Position numbers and translations under genes: made by a program. This document shows, one piece after another, positions 25,601 to 40,600 of a stretch of 64,000 nt of DNA (positions within the stretch are counted from its first letter, which is position 1; every line of letters begins with the position of its first letter). The notes beneath the pieces were generated by a model, which worked only from the letters and a program-made list of their open reading frames with translations, was not told the origin of the DNA and did not search any database. This stretch comes from Dipteris shenzhenensis (taxonomy: Eukaryota). The DNA is taken from the NCBI GenBank assembly GCA_047967505.1, contig CM106538.1. One strand, written 5' to 3'.

Positions 25601-28600
25601 GGATGTTCCAGCCCTTGTCTTGGGCCCAGGATGATCTCCAAGCAGGTGCCCACCTGCTCCAACGCCCCTGCCATCTGCCAGGCAGTGTTCCGGCTCCTTG
25701 AGGCCTGCACCAACCCCATACATGTTCTGCCAACACCCTGTACAGATCCGTACATGGGCCATACACTGTTCTTGTAGCGGCAGATAGACTATCCTAACTC
25801 TCTCTCCTGCTCACACTAACTGCAAACTGCAATATGATGCACTCAATACACAAAGTGATGTTGTGGATGTGAGTGAGAGAATTAAAGGGATAGAATATAG
25901 TGGGCCTCCCAAGAGGAGAGATAATTGAAATACAACTATATGGAGGGCTAAAACCCTCAAGTGCAAAGCTAGAAAAGACTAAGCTAACTAGAGGAGGTGA
26001 ATCCTCACTAGATCCTTGTAGCGGCTGAGGCACCCTGCTGGTCTGCTACAGGGAAGCCTGGCTACTGCTGCTCTGAAGGCTTGAAGGCCTGAGGAGTGGA
26101 TGAGAAATGAAGACCAAGGGGGCTGCTTTTATAGGCCCCCTTGGGCCTCAAACTGACCGAGCAGTGACTTGCTGCTACTGTTGACGTGGCAGCCGCTGAT
26201 GTCATTGCTGACATGGCACCTGGCGCACGACGTGGCACCTGTACGGTCTGCTGAGCTGGCTGCTGCTTGCGTGGCAGTCCATGTGGCAACCAGCTGACGT
26301 GACTGCCTGCGTGGCAGTCCATGTGGCTGCTGCGTGCTTCCTGGACAGCCCACATGGCAGTACAGCATGCCACGGGCTGAGGATGCCCGTGATTGTTTCG
26401 GGCCTTTCTAGCCTCTAGATTCCATGCCACAGATCCGTACAGCCAATGCAGGCAATCCGTACCTGTGCTGATATCATCTGCCACTGTTCCGTACAGATCC
26501 ACCTTCAATGTGCCTCCAATCTGCCAGGTATTCCTGCCCTTGCGCTGCCCACATGACAACCTGTTTGCTGCCCATGTGGCAGCCCCATATTTATATGTTT
26601 TCTTTCTGTGAGGTGCTACCCATTTGGCAGCCCCTCTCCATCCTTTTCCCTCTAGGTTTGCTGCCCATATGGCAACCAACCCTAGCCCTTAGTCCGCGCC
26701 TCCCCCACACACTCCTCGTAGGTGACTTCTCCAACATGTAGTGTGGATCGGTCCTGTCTGAAGCCTGCGTGCCCAGTTACTCGCATGTCTACTCTGTCAA
26801 CATACTCATTGATGTATGTCTCAAGAGTATACCCGGCTTGGCCATTTGCAGGCTTTCCCACTTTCTAGACCACGAACACCATCATAGCCATTCACAAAGC
26901 AAGAGAGAACGTTTCATTGAATAGCTTGACTAGGATTGGAGCAAGCACCTCCCAACCATGGGCTAGGAGTTCTTTAAAAAAAAAGAAAAGAACCTTCTAT
27001 TAATGCTTGAAAGACTTCATACAAAATAGCAGCCCCGAAGGTGTTGAGTATGGTAAAAATCGGAAAAGGCTGAAAGCCTGTTCCAGAGAAACCCAACTCA
27101 CTGCCTAGGGGATCTCTAGTACTGGGTAGGTGGGGGGACTATACAACCAGCGAATCCCTCGCAGAGTGAAGATGTAGAGAACTCCTGCAGGCCAAGCCTT
27201 GCAGAATCGAGCGCGCCTCGAGCGGAGGGTGTAGATGATATCCTGCCAGATGGCGACCAAGGTAGCCGAGGGTGGAACCGGATGCTCACCTATCACCAGA
27301 CTGCAGCGAGTAACCCAAATGTTCCACGCAGTAATACTGGCTACTACTTCCCATACGCTGTCCTCCTAAGGAGGAGGAGGAACGAGGCTATCTGGAGGGA
27401 CTGTCTCATGGAGCTCTATCCTCTGGATGCTCTAACCCTGTATCCGGTAAGCTGGGGAGATCTCATCAATGTGGAACGCGTGTCCTTCTTGAGTCAACCA
27501 GGCTACCATCCCCCATGTGTAGTCCCTCTGAAGGCTCCGCATACGGGCCATAATTCTGAGGGCTCCCATCCAAATCATGGCTGCGCTACAGCAGCTCTAG
27601 AGGTAGTGAGGGATCGTTTCCATAAAATCAGCAGAGCAACAATGACGCTGCCCCTCCACCCGCATATGCTCCAACCACGGGCCGATGGGCAAGCCTCCGT
27701 GGGCGACCAGCCAGAAGAAGTAGGAGATTTTCCTCGGCCGCAAACAGGACCATAACCGTGTCCAAAACCTGAAACGGACCTCCTGGGGCACTCTCTGGGC
27801 CACCCAATGCCTCTCCCTTGAAGGGTTTCACATCGAAGAGTCCATTTGAAGCCTCCTACCAATCTGTGTGCTGTAGGAAAAGAAGGGCACCTTGTCCACT
27901 TGCTCAACAAGACCGCTCCTGGAGGGCCATAACCACTCTCCCGGATTCCACTGGACCTCCCTCAAGGGCCTATCCTCCCAAAGCTAGAGGCACCATCTGG
28001 GGGTATCTTGCTTTGGGATACTGGGAGGATCAATGTGCCATGCCTTCCCCAAACGTCCCACCACTCTGATCATCTGCCAATGAATCCCATCTAGACTCCC
28101 GTCCATCTCTGGGTCTCTCTCAGTGAGTGCCTGGAGTGGGCCTCCAGGTCCTACACGAAAAAAACAGGCTACGTGCTGCATCATCATCCTCAAGGGGACA
28201 CCAGCCTGAGAAAACTGGCCCAACCATCCATACGCGAAGTCCCTCCTACTAGAACTCAGGGATGGCTAGGTCGATCTCTATCATCCGCTGCCCTGCCCCT
28301 GGCAAATGCACTAGAGCGCCAAGCCTCGCCTCTACCTCCATGGGTAATCTACTCCATCTACCAAAGGAGCCGGCCAGTCCACTGTCCCACTGTGCCCAAC
28401 CAATGTGAGTTCGTTGCCATAGCTTATGCCCCTCCTGATCTTTGATCTCTGGGTGCCAAACAAGGGGCTGACGCTCGAACTTCTCTTTGCATCTAGACTG
28501 AGCACGAATGAGGCCCCCTGCTAATCTTTGCCAGACCCTATGGAGGCTCCTCATGAAGGGGGAACCCTTCCCCGTAAGGGGGGCCTTTGAGAAGATCCAT

Positions 28601-31600
28601 TTGTGTGAGTGCTGCCACTATCCCCCAAGCGCAGGGTGTTTTTGAGAGGCCCTCGTTGTAAGAGGAGCGTCCAAGGCTCTGCACTAGGGGTGAGGCCGCG
28701 AACAACCAACTTGCCCAAGAGGGCTGTGCTCTACCTCTTCGGATCAATGATACCCAAGCCTCCCAATGCCTGCGGCATGATCGCAGTATGCCAAGCGACC
28801 TGGGATCTAGTATTCCTCGTGCCGTCCTATCCTACCCAAAGGAAGTTCCGAACCAACCGTCAAAGCTGCCGAATGCACCCTTTGTGAAAACACCAACAGG
28901 AGGCGATGTACCAGGCCGTGGCAAGGACCTAGTTTGCCACTTAGGCACAGCCCGCTAGGGAGAATTTGATTGAGCTAGCTTGCGTCCAACAGTGTTGAGG
29001 ACCGGGGCAATCTGCTGCTTTGCTGTAATATCAATACCCATCTGGCATCCGAGGTATCTTGCTGTCTGGCCCCGTGGTATCCATCGGAAGCCAAAGTCGC
29101 TCCCCCACTCTTGAATCTCCTGTGTCTCCTCAGAGCGTGTGAAGAAACCTATGGATTTTGTCCGGTTGATCCGCGTACCCGAGGCCTCACAGTAGATAGC
29201 CAGGGCTCCCCTGACTCTCTCCAAACTCATTGTGGTGCCCTCTACGTACAAGGCTGTGTCATCTGTGAAAACAGAGTCTAACAATTGCTCCTCCTGTCTG
29301 ATTGGGAGCCTCAACCCTGTGAGGCCCGCCAGCTGTGATCTTAAGTAGTAGCCCAAAAGAAGAAGAGGAAGGGAGCGAGGGGGCAGCCCTAGCAGACCGA
29401 GCGAGAGAGGAAAGGCCTCGCCCATGTGTCCTGATAGGCATCTGACTAGAGCTCCCCACATAAAAGGGCAGAAACCCCTTTGATCAATCTGTCTGAGAAA
29501 CCGAATCTCCGCATGGTACCCTCCAGGAAAGACCACTCCACCTTGTCGCAAGTCTTCTCAAAATGCAAGAGGAGAACGGCCAACGGCTGTGACTCCTCCC
29601 TGGACCAATCCACTGCCTCCCAGAACGTGAAGATGTTGTCCAGGATGCTGCGCTCCTCAACAAACCCGGTCTGTGTGTCGGGGATGATGTGAGTAAGATG
29701 GGGCCGTAAATGCAAACTCAAGACCTTGGCGAGGATCTTGTATGCAGTATCAAGCAAAGTGATCGGTCTCCACTGTCGGATGTTTGACCTATCTCTCGCT
29801 TTCGGGATCAAACAAATCCACCCCTTGCTCAGGGACTGAGGAAGGGAGCGCGTGTCGAAGATCTGCTGGCAAGCTAGGAAAGGGGTGGAGATGATCTCCT
29901 AGAAGTTTCGGAAGAAGGACGGAGTCAAGCCATCCTTGCCAGGGCACTTTTGGGTCGAGAGAGCCTTGAGGGCTTCCCAAAGCTCCTCATCCGTGAAAGG
30001 CTCCTCCAGACTACTACACAAATCCTGCGAGACTATTATCGGAATGTGATCCCAAACTACCTCACGGGCCACAAGACAAGCTAGAGTCATCCTCTCCGTT
30101 TGAAAGAGCTGGCTGTAAAAACTTGTGGTCAAGTCTAAAATCTCATGGAGATCAATGTGCATGATGCGTCGCGGATCCCATAGAGGCTGCAACTGCGTGC
30201 TTGCCGATCGGGGCCCAGTGGTCTGAAAGAACTGCTTCGTCATCCTGCCCCCTGCTGTACCCAGCGGGCTCGGGAGGAGTGATAGGAGAACTCAGCCCGC
30301 GGAATCTGCGTGTCTTGAAGCTCAAGGCGCGCGCTCTCAAACCTGCCACTAAGCCGTTGGGATCCTGGGTCCTGTGTGAGGTGAGGAGCTGTGGGAACAA
30401 ACCCTTAGAGTGGGCTTTCGTGTTTTTGACTATGTAGGTAGGGTAAGGACTACTGGGCTGCTACATGAAAAGAATTGGTGAGGAGGATGGCTTTGGCGTC
30501 GATATTTTATCATCCATTTGCTCTAAGAGAGTAGCGAGATGATTGTTAAAGATGAGGTCTAAGGGTGATCGAAATTATATTGGTGATATGTGGAAGGGTG
30601 GGCCTGTGTGTACATGTATGGGTTGAGGGATTGCCATATCAAAGGGTAGGTGGAAATCCTACAAGATGCATGGATTTATAAAAAGAGAAAGAGCTCAAGT
30701 TCATTTGGGATTAGTTTTGGAAGCCAACTTATAAAGCTACTCATATCTTGCATCCATTGGAAATGTAGCTATAAGTAGTGTCTCTGAAGCATGTTGGAGA
30801 TTTCATATTGTGTCCTCTGGCTCACTCCTGGGCCTCAATTCGGGCACCGTGAAGCGGTTTGATGATGTGATGCTACAATGAGAGTCTCTTAATTGGGGTG
30901 TCTGCTTGCTAGCCCTGTCGCTCTCCTCAGATTTGTCTGGCTATGTGGAGATCGGGTGTAATCAGCTTGCTGTGCCATTACGTCAATTCTCTCAATCTCT
31001 CTTCTGCAAACTATGGCATAACAGCAAACCACTCTCTTTCTCTTTCTTATAATGTAATCAGCTTGCTGTGCCATTACGTCAATTCTCTCAATCTCTCTCT
31101 TTTGCAAACTATGGCATAACAGCAAACCACTCTCTTTCTCTTTCTCTGTCTCTCTCTCTCACAGCACACTAGGGCGCAGGACAACTCGTCGGGCTGGATC
31201 CCCCAAAGATATTTTATTACTTTAAAGATTTGAGTACAGAGACTTCAGCGTGGAAGCTGAATTCCAACATGAATCAAAATACAGAAGAGCTCAAGGCTCA
31301 TTCTTTTGGCAAGTTGCCACTTGTCTAATTCCTAGCCTAATTCTAATCCCATGTCCATGGGTAAGGTCTTCTGGGGTCTTCTTAGCACTTGGTCACGTGA
31401 ATAACTCCTAATCGCTCGCGAGGCTCCATAATGCCCAACTCTAGAAGCTTTCTTATACCTGCAACAATTAAATAAAGCGCATAACCATGGCACTCATTAA
31501 TTATTAGTGCTTCGCATGCGAAATAATAATCTCTGGACTAATCCTAGTCACTATGGGCGTCCCCACCAAACAAACATAACACATAAACATAGAACAATTT

Positions 31601-34600
31601 CTCTGGTCGACCAAGGCCAAACCTTTTGGTCGTAATTAAGGGGTGCGACCATCAGTCAAAGCGCCTTAATTATGGCCAAGTCTCTTTAATCGAAGTTGGC
31701 ACATCTTGGTTAACTAGGTTAACCCTCTTGGCGTGAGCCAAGTCTCATTGACCCAAGTCAACACTCTTTGACCGAAGTCAGCACTTTAATTGCTTGGCAC
31801 GGTTAACCATCTTGGCTGAAGCCAGATCTTCCTAACCGGGTTAGGCTTACTTAACCGAGGTTAAGTATCTTTGACCGGAGTCAAGACTTTGACCAAATAA
31901 GTAGCTCTTTGAATATAATTAAATAAATGAAGAACTCGTTAATTATGATCAATAAATGGTCAACTTATGCTTTGACTTTGGAATATTTACAGCTTGGTGA
32001 CATCAGGCTCGAGATCATGCGTTGCATGGCGTCCACACTTAGTGGCTCTTCTTTTGTGATCCATTCTTGACTTTGTCTTGGCAAGGTTATGGTGGCAGGA
32101 GCGCATATCTAATGCTTGTGACCTTTGATGCAAAAAGGACAGCACACTGTCATCCTGGTGGTCAAATGACCCTGCTCATGTTGTGAAATCCTATCATAAA
32201 GAGAGTGGTATCTCCCACGGATCTCATAATATCATCTCCCCTTGTGACATGTGGCACCCTCTCTTGGACAAGCCTCCTAGAACCGCATGCTATGTCAAGG
32301 ACCATGTGTCCATCCAGCCTGGGAAACTTCCACTCTGGTACCATTGCCTCCAATGGGAAAAAGGTTATAGCAATGAGACTTTCTCTCTCCAAAATAAATC
32401 CGTGAACTGAAAGAAGAGAATCCATCATGGCATCCTAACCCCCTCCTCAGCAAGCTGATCTGACATCTGGAGAATTTGCTGATGAAGCTGGAAATGTCTC
32501 TGCATCCGTTGATTAAGTTGAACGTGCATTGCTTAAATCTGCTCCATTACTTTAGCTGCAGGACACAAGTACTCAGTGGTTTTGACCTAAAGTCGCTTGC
32601 AAGTTGCTTTTATGGCGTGTGGACCTCGATGGCTCATTGTCTAAAAATTTAAAGTCAAGGTTCAATTTTAATAGCTATGAAGGTAAATTTGAAATCATAA
32701 AGGATGTCTGCAGTGTGCACGCACCATATATATGTTTTTTTACTTTTTTAAAATTTACTATTTTTCAAAGGATTGTTCACAGAATGTTTTAACTTGTTTT
32801 GAAACACTTAACAATTGCATTGAACAAGTGGATTAAAAGCATGCTCCAAGAAAGGGAGACTAGCATTGAAGGGTAGGTCATAGTGAACGTTCTTTAAGGA
32901 TAACAAACACAATTACAAGAGAGTTGAGAAATAAAGGCTTTATTGTGTTCACATGCTCGCCTAGTGCAGGTTTTCACTTGTCTAACTTCACTTTCAAAAA
33001 AGGATTGTCTACAAAACTGTTTTTTACACTTGTTTTGAAACATTGACAATGACAATGCTAATAAGTGAATTAAGAAAGATGCTTGCGAGGAAGGGAGATT
33101 ACCATTCTAGTGGTTGTAGTAATGTTCATTTTGAAGGTTGGACTCACATAGCAGACAGTTGAGAGAATAAGGTGTTATGGGATGGTTGAGTGGGGTCGAT
33201 GCAGGCAGACATGTGCATACATGTTATTGTTAGCGATTGTGCTTTGATCTCGACTACGGACTGAAATTTGAAATCGAACAAGTCCTGAATAGCTTTTCTA
33301 AGAAGTGGATGTGATGCAGGCACAATCTCTATTTGCACTCAGCTTTGGTTTTAACAAGGAAAACACCTCGAACCATTCAAGGAATCAAGGTTCTGACTTT
33401 CCTTGCTGATTGGAATCTGTTGTTACAGGTGCTTTCTTTTACTCTGATTTTTGACTTTAGATCCTTTTTCCTGCAGGATGGCTGCAGATACAATCTCCTT
33501 GAATGCAGTTTTGCTCTAGTGGTATCATTTGCCATAAATGTGGCAGTGGTAGCTGTAAGTGGAGCTGTCTGCAATGGGGAAGGACTTTCTACTGAGGATA
33601 AACTCAGTTGCAATGACCTAGATCTCAACCGTGCTTCGTTTCTTTTGAGAGTGAGTATTCAATGTCAAGAACATTATGGCTTTTTGCACCTGTCTACCAC
33701 AAAGATGTCTGCACCAGATAACATAATTTTTTTCTTGGTCAAACTCATATACCTCTGCCAAGTTTGGATTATATGAGATCTATCATCCAGGATTTTGATT
33801 TATGACTTACCTGTAATACATTATATTAAGGCCATAGGTCCCCTATGTCAATAAGAAATTGAAATTCCCTCCTTGCATTCCAGGTGATTAGTTGGGGGGA
33901 AATGAGGCGGGTTGAAACAGGAGAGCGAGAGGAAACGTTAAAGCAAGGTGAGAGTGTGAGGATGAGAGTTAAAGAAGAAGATAAAGAAACCATACACCCT
34001 CACCTCACCACACTCACCTTGGCCTCCCCCTCCTCCTCCCCCTTACCTGCTTCAAAAGAAATGCTGACCACGATAATAAATAAAGCTTTGGAAGAGGGAT
34101 TCCCCACAAACTGGGGATACTGCGGATCCACAAAAGAGGAGACAATAACTTACAAAAGACTACAAAACAATCATGGTAAGAAGTTTGTTGGCTAAATTGT
34201 ATGGCACCATCCTTGAGCAGAAAATGAGCAATCGGGTAGAGGAACAAGGAATAAGGGCACTAAACCAACTAGGGTTCTGGCCCAAACACTTGACAGTAGA
34301 CCATCTGATCGCTTTTAGAGCCGCAATAGAGGGGGTCAAGAAAGAAATGGAAAGGGAATTACAAACATTGGCCACTGCCCTAGGAATTATAAATATTTCT
34401 AACACCCCCGTGCAGTGAAATGTTACAATGTACAAGGTAAACATCAATCACCAAACGGATATAAGTTTAAAGCTTTGTGAAAAGCCTCAAACTTTGGACG
34501 AGATAATGCTTTGGTGAAGAGATCTGCCACATCTGTTGTGACGGCCCATGCTATGTGGCCGCTCCTTGACATAATGATAATGAATTTCAATGTGTTTCAT

Positions 34601-37600
34601 ATAAGCATGAATACATAAATAGTTGTGATATCTATGATGGATTGATTGTTCAACATCAACAAATATGATAAGAGTGCATGGCATGCGCCAATTGTTCATT
34701 CGTATGAGAGATCCCTCAATGGTACATGGGTTTTGGGTGTGGATAGTTTCTTCAAATGCATCCTCCATGGCTTTCACAATGCTACCCATCATGGGTGCCT
34801 CATCATCTTGCTAGTTCAAAGTAGATGCATTGAGATATGCGTGCCAAATGTTTTTTTGAAAACCCAATGAAACAAAATTTTGTTTTTTTTTTGGGGGAGG
34901 GAGTAATGGGTGCGGCGCAATCCACAATGGATGAAATCTACAGTTTTTTGAGATTATGAATTCGTGTGGATTAGCCTTTTGGTTTGAGATCTAGCGTTTG
35001 CCATGTTTGAGTCTGTTCTTCTTTGGAGTTGTGTGTGTGTGTGTGGATATGAGGCAGCGGCGGCTGCTTCTGGCAAATATGTTTTGGAGAATATCTTTGT
35101 GTTTTGGCAGATGGGATGAGGTAGTCCAGAACAGATTTATGAGAACAATCACAGACTGCCCCATTTACACTCTGGGTGTTTGAACAGTTGGTCACTTGTT
35201 CTTTAGAATCCTAGTAAATGCCCTTCTAGTTAGCAAATCTTTGATCCTTGCATAGTGAGCATCTTTACTAGGCCTGTGCATGTCTTGATACCTGGGCAAG
35301 CTGCCTGGACTTCTGGGTATGAAACACACTTTTCTTGTTTTATCTTTTGGTGGGAGGGCAGGCTTCCAACATGGAAAGCCACATCCCTCTCTGTATCCAA
35401 GTGTACACGTGCACAAACACAGACAATGCTCTTGGGATTGTGGGTTGTTTGAACTTTGTATTTTTAAGTTGTGGTCTCTTGGATACTAGAACCCCAGCAA
35501 ATGCCCTTCTAGTTAGCAAATCTTCGATCCATGTATGGTGTGCATCTTTCATATAGTTACTGGGGAGATGCTTTCTTACAATTGACCTCTTTTAGCGTTG
35601 GTCTGAATAAGAACATGTTAAAATTTACTGACCTCTTTTAGTGTTGGTTTGAATAAGAACACATTAAAATTTACCATCAAAATCCTAACTTCTTTCATGT
35701 AAAAAAAGAGGATAGTGCGTTTTGCGAACTAATTCCACCGAGCTTGATGTGGTTGAAATTAATGGTTTGTAAAGGAATTGCATAGTATTTATGAAGTGGC
35801 TGTTATTTTTCCTGAAGCTGGTGAATTCCTTTTGTTACTTGTTGGAGATGGGCAGAATTCATTGGGAAAGTGGAGCTCAACACTATTTGCTCTTGCTTTG
35901 CTAGCCTCAGGACAAAGCTCTACTATAACTGGGACCTATGCTGGCCAGTATGTCATGCAGGTACGATTTCAACAATTCAAAGTTTTGGAATCATGTTGAA
36001 TCATTTTTTACCATGAGTAATGTATGGCATGTTTTCATACAGGGTTTCTTAGAGCTCAAATTTGCTCCATGGATTAGGAATATGTTGACAAGATGTGTTG
36101 CGATCGTGCCAAGCTTGGTGGTATCACTGATTGGAGGTTCTAGAGGTGCTGGCAAGCTCATAATTGCATCTTCGGTAAGTGCAAACACGTATTTTTTCCA
36201 ATTGGTCTTTTATGGGATGGGATGGGATGAGATGGGGGCTTTAGGGGTTTCACGTGTAGTGTGGCATAGAGAAGGGAGGCTGAGTAAAGCAATTTTTGTA
36301 GAATGATGAAGACTGTTTATGTAGGAGTGCAAGAATAATACAGTTGGCATAGAAGTGACCAAGGCATAATTCTGGGCCTGTAGATGTAAGGACGCCATAA
36401 CATGCAAGGCGTAATTCTGCGAGTTGTGCATGTCAAAAGTTATTTGAGTGTTTTTCAAATCTATTGTTATGAGCATTGTGGTTGGAATCTGTGTTGTTTG
36501 CATCAATGATAGTGCCATTTCCCAGGGATCTCCCTTTGCTACGTGTCTTTGTTGGTGTTGTGGTTAGTGAGCATACAACAATGGTGTTAAAAAATTAGTT
36601 CTGCCCACAAGGGTTGTGGTTGATTGACATTGCACATGATCAATTGCGACTCGGTACTAGCCTTCATGGTGGCTGCCTCGGCCTTTGAGAAGCAATTTAA
36701 AGGGAATGTTTACTGTAACCTCAGTGCTATCTTAAAAGGGATACTAATTTGTAATGTGGAATCTTGTTTGCTTCAATTTCAAAGTTGCAACACTACAGGA
36801 TATAAAAGTGTCCTTTCATAGGTTTGGGGAAAAAATCATTCCTCTCACAAAAGATTGTCTAATAATTTCCTTAACCCATGCTTAATCTACACTATCCTAA
36901 CAGTATTGGGAAATTATTGGCAATACACCATGATGACTAGAGGCTGGTATAGTGAGGACTGAAATTACGGGACATGGGAGAAATATCCTTCTCAAGAAAG
37001 TCATTTTGTAATTTCCTTGACCATGATCAATATACATGACCAAGACATAGCGGGAAAGTACTGGCATGCTAAGAAGAAAATCATACTACAGAGTAGCTCT
37101 AAAGTTGGATCAATGCTTCAGTCAAGGAAAGGGAGAAGCCATCACAAGTATTATCGCAAAAGAGGACATTCTAAATTTGGATTAATGCTTCAGTCAAGGA
37201 AAGGAAGAAGCCATCACAAGTACTTATGCCTCAACATTCGTCCAAAGAGAAGAAGGGAACCCACCATTGCTGAATAGAGGTGGCTGCTCTCGTATTTGCA
37301 GATAATCAGGCAAGCACCCAAAGTCAGAATAGTTGGCAAGGTAGCTGGCAAGATAATGCTCTACGAGAAATGTGCGTGAGGTTACGGTCTGATCAATGTA
37401 ATGCAACCATGCCAGAATGTCGTCACTTGTGTGCCCTTGTCTCCTTCCTGCTGCTCCTCCTGTCTTGCTTTCCTGGGCATGCAAGCAGTGGCCTAAAAGT
37501 GGGTATGGCAGAAAGAAGGGAATCGCAGGCTTGGCCAGAAAACGGAAGGGAGCACAGCATGGCAGACAGGTGAGGCTGAACAATGATACACACACCTATC

Positions 37601-40600
37601 AAACCACATACACCAAATTTGTCAACACTGGCACACCTACGAAGCTACGACCCCTTTCATACTGACACAAAGGTATAATCCTGTTCACACTAGAAGCTCC
37701 GAAAATACCCAACAATTCTATGAATATGCGCAATTAACAGGACATAAAAATGTCCTAGGACATTTTTATTCTTGTTACCAAGCTACCATTAGTAGAAAGG
37801 TAGAGACTAAGTGAAGGACATACAAAACCAAAGTACTGAGCAAAAAACACCCCTGAATACTTTTTAAACATACAGACCAAGCCGTGGTCAACTTGACTTC
37901 TTGACGGACTGTAGAATAAGGCTGTGAATAGTGCAAAACTCAGACTATAATTTGGGTACTCTTTAGGTGAGGGCTATTCTGTTGTTGCTGGCGCCTGTAA
38001 GGGCCCTCTGATTCTGAGGGAAGGTGCCTGCACATAGTCATTGTTTCAAACATCACTAACAAATTTCAAGGAAGCCATACTCTTCACAACATCATTTTGT
38101 ACTTAAAGTGAGCTTCAATTCAGCATTTTCAATATAGTTATTGACTTAACTCTCTCATGCAGCTAGGAGTTGAGTGAAGCAAGAAGGACTGTGCACTGTG
38201 TGACTGAACTTTTATGGGGCAATAAGGTTACAACAAGGCTTTGAGGGCATGACTGGTTGCTTAGCTGGCATGACTGGTTGTAGGCTGTCTGCTTAGCTGA
38301 GCAAGAAGGCTGGCCATTTGCAAGCAAATGGCTCTAGGCTGTTTAGCTAAGCATGAAGGATGGCTATGTGCTGGCTGCAACTGGCTATTTTCGAGCTGTT
38401 TAGCTGAGTATTAAGGATGGCTATTTGGTGGCTGCAACTGGCTATAAGCTGGCTGCTAGCTTGCTGCAAGTGGCTGTTGGCTGAACATGAAACTAGTTCC
38501 TTCGCTGAAACTGGCTGTCAGCTGAGCTTGGAGGCTGTCTTTTGGCTTGCTGCAGTTGGCTGTCTCACTGCTGAGAAAAGTAGCTGCACTTTGCAGTCAG
38601 GTCAGAGAGGGCAGCAAAAACTCCATGGGAGAGGGAGACTGCTCACAGCAAAACGGCGCTCCAGGGAGGAAGGAAGCTCCATGAAATGAGGAGTAGAGCT
38701 GCAAAGGAATGCAGGGCCTCATGTCTCGTTTGTGAGGGCTGCCTGGTTTCATAGCCTCTCATGAGGGGATGGCCTTGCCACTTGTCCAATGTGTCATGTC
38801 AATATCTGCCACATGTCATGCTGTGTGTCGTCCTTAACATGTGGCTGTCCATGATGCCATGTTGCATTTGAGCAAGGAGTCATGAACTAAATTGATGACG
38901 TACTAAGTTAAAGGATTGGGTTTTTCAGCACCCTCATTTGCCCAAACATAAAACTCTATTTCAGTGGTCAATACTACAATATGACTCTTCTTTCGCCATG
39001 AGATTCTTGGTTATTAACTCTATCCGATGATGCTATTCTAGGACTAGTTCTAGACTTTGTGTTTGGTTGGCCTTATCCTATACGCTTGTTGAGTTTATAT
39101 TGTGTTATATTTTCTTCACTCTTTCATGTTCATTGATCCACGCCCAAGGTAGACTTTGTGTTTGGTTGGCCTCTCACTTATCCTATAGGTTTGTTGAGTT
39201 TGTCTTGTCTTGTCTTTTCTTCTCTCTTTCATTTTCATTGCTCTACATCCAAATGAACATTTATAGTTGCTGGGTCCGTATACATTATGTTCATTTTATT
39301 GGTGCTGCATTCAGTACTTGGGTGGGGTGTGGTCTTTTTCTCTCATAGAGGTTCTGCTCTAAATCCCGTAACTCTTGTGCTGAGGGTCCTCCCTCAAGTG
39401 CTATACCGTCGCAAACTAATACCTATTGGAGCACTGGAAACACATGTGCACAATCATCCTAGATTTAAAAACTTGAAATTACAAAATTCAAAATAGTACT
39501 AAATAATTATCAAGCAAGTGGACTCAGTTACTGTGTGCAATTGTATGAATCCCAAAGTGGGGAATCTATATGAATGTGGCATGTTTCGTGGAGTACGATG
39601 ACCTAGGTAGGGTATGTGAAAAGACGTATACGAAGTTTGGCAGAGACTAAATGAGATACTTTGGGTTTCACAAGCAACTGCAGTGTGAGAAGAAAATGCG
39701 GACTACTTTTGTATTAGCGTTCTCCTTTCTAGCTAGCTCTTGTTTTGGCTGAGTCTGCCGTTCACCTCCGGGGATGTGTGAGAGCATGTGTCTATACTAT
39801 GGTCTACAACCATGGCTAAGTGCTGATATGCTGAGTGGGAACGTCATAGAAGCTAGTCCTGATATTATGGTTTTCAACCTTGTGGATGACCGTCATGAAG
39901 TGCATGTGGAATAAATCTCTGGTTTTAATCTGTTTGTAGTTCAAGTTTTTTGCTAAGCCCTTGCACTCTGTGGTGGGAAGACTTGATATAGTACTTTTTG
40001 CGAGCAGATGATACTTTCTTTTGAACTCCCATTTGCGCTCTTGCCGCTTTTGAAGTTTACCAGCAACACTGTGAAGATGGGTCGCTATGTCAACTCAAAA
40101 CAGGTGAGCATGTTTCGAGCTAACATTCTAAATTTGTTTCATAGGATTCATGATACTTCTAGTCCTATGCACAAACTGATTGCTAAACAAAGTATCTATC
40201 TGAAAGACAGCTGGGGCGTGGGATCAGAAGGTTATGCCTTCTCTTGTTCTACAGAAAGATAATGCATTCCATGTATTTGAGATTTCAGGGAGTCCAAATG
40301 ATATGGTGTTCTTAAATAGAGCGTCATGCCTTTCCACTGTCCCTCAGTCTTTCTCTGTGGGGAAAATATTTGACATCCTGGAAGGTTGACCTTTGATTTG
40401 AGATTGTTGTCATGTTGTTCTCCTGTTTGATGAAAGCTTAAATGGGTGAATAATGTAATTATAGAATGCAAATTCCAGTAAGAGAGCAAAAGAGTGGGGG
40501 TGAGTTGAATCATATAGGATGCTGGGATTGACTTCAAGTTAGGAAATTAAAACAAGCTGGGATGATTATGCAATGAACCGCTATCTGAAGAATCGTGGTT

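Noticed and set aside
32162-32428. Short ORFs on both strands in an NRAMP intron
   Set aside because: No recognisable motif or splice context; cannot be supported as a gene.
33333-33776. Stand-alone 147-aa membrane protein ORF
   Set aside because: Read-through of two NRAMP exons across an 87-bp in-frame intron.
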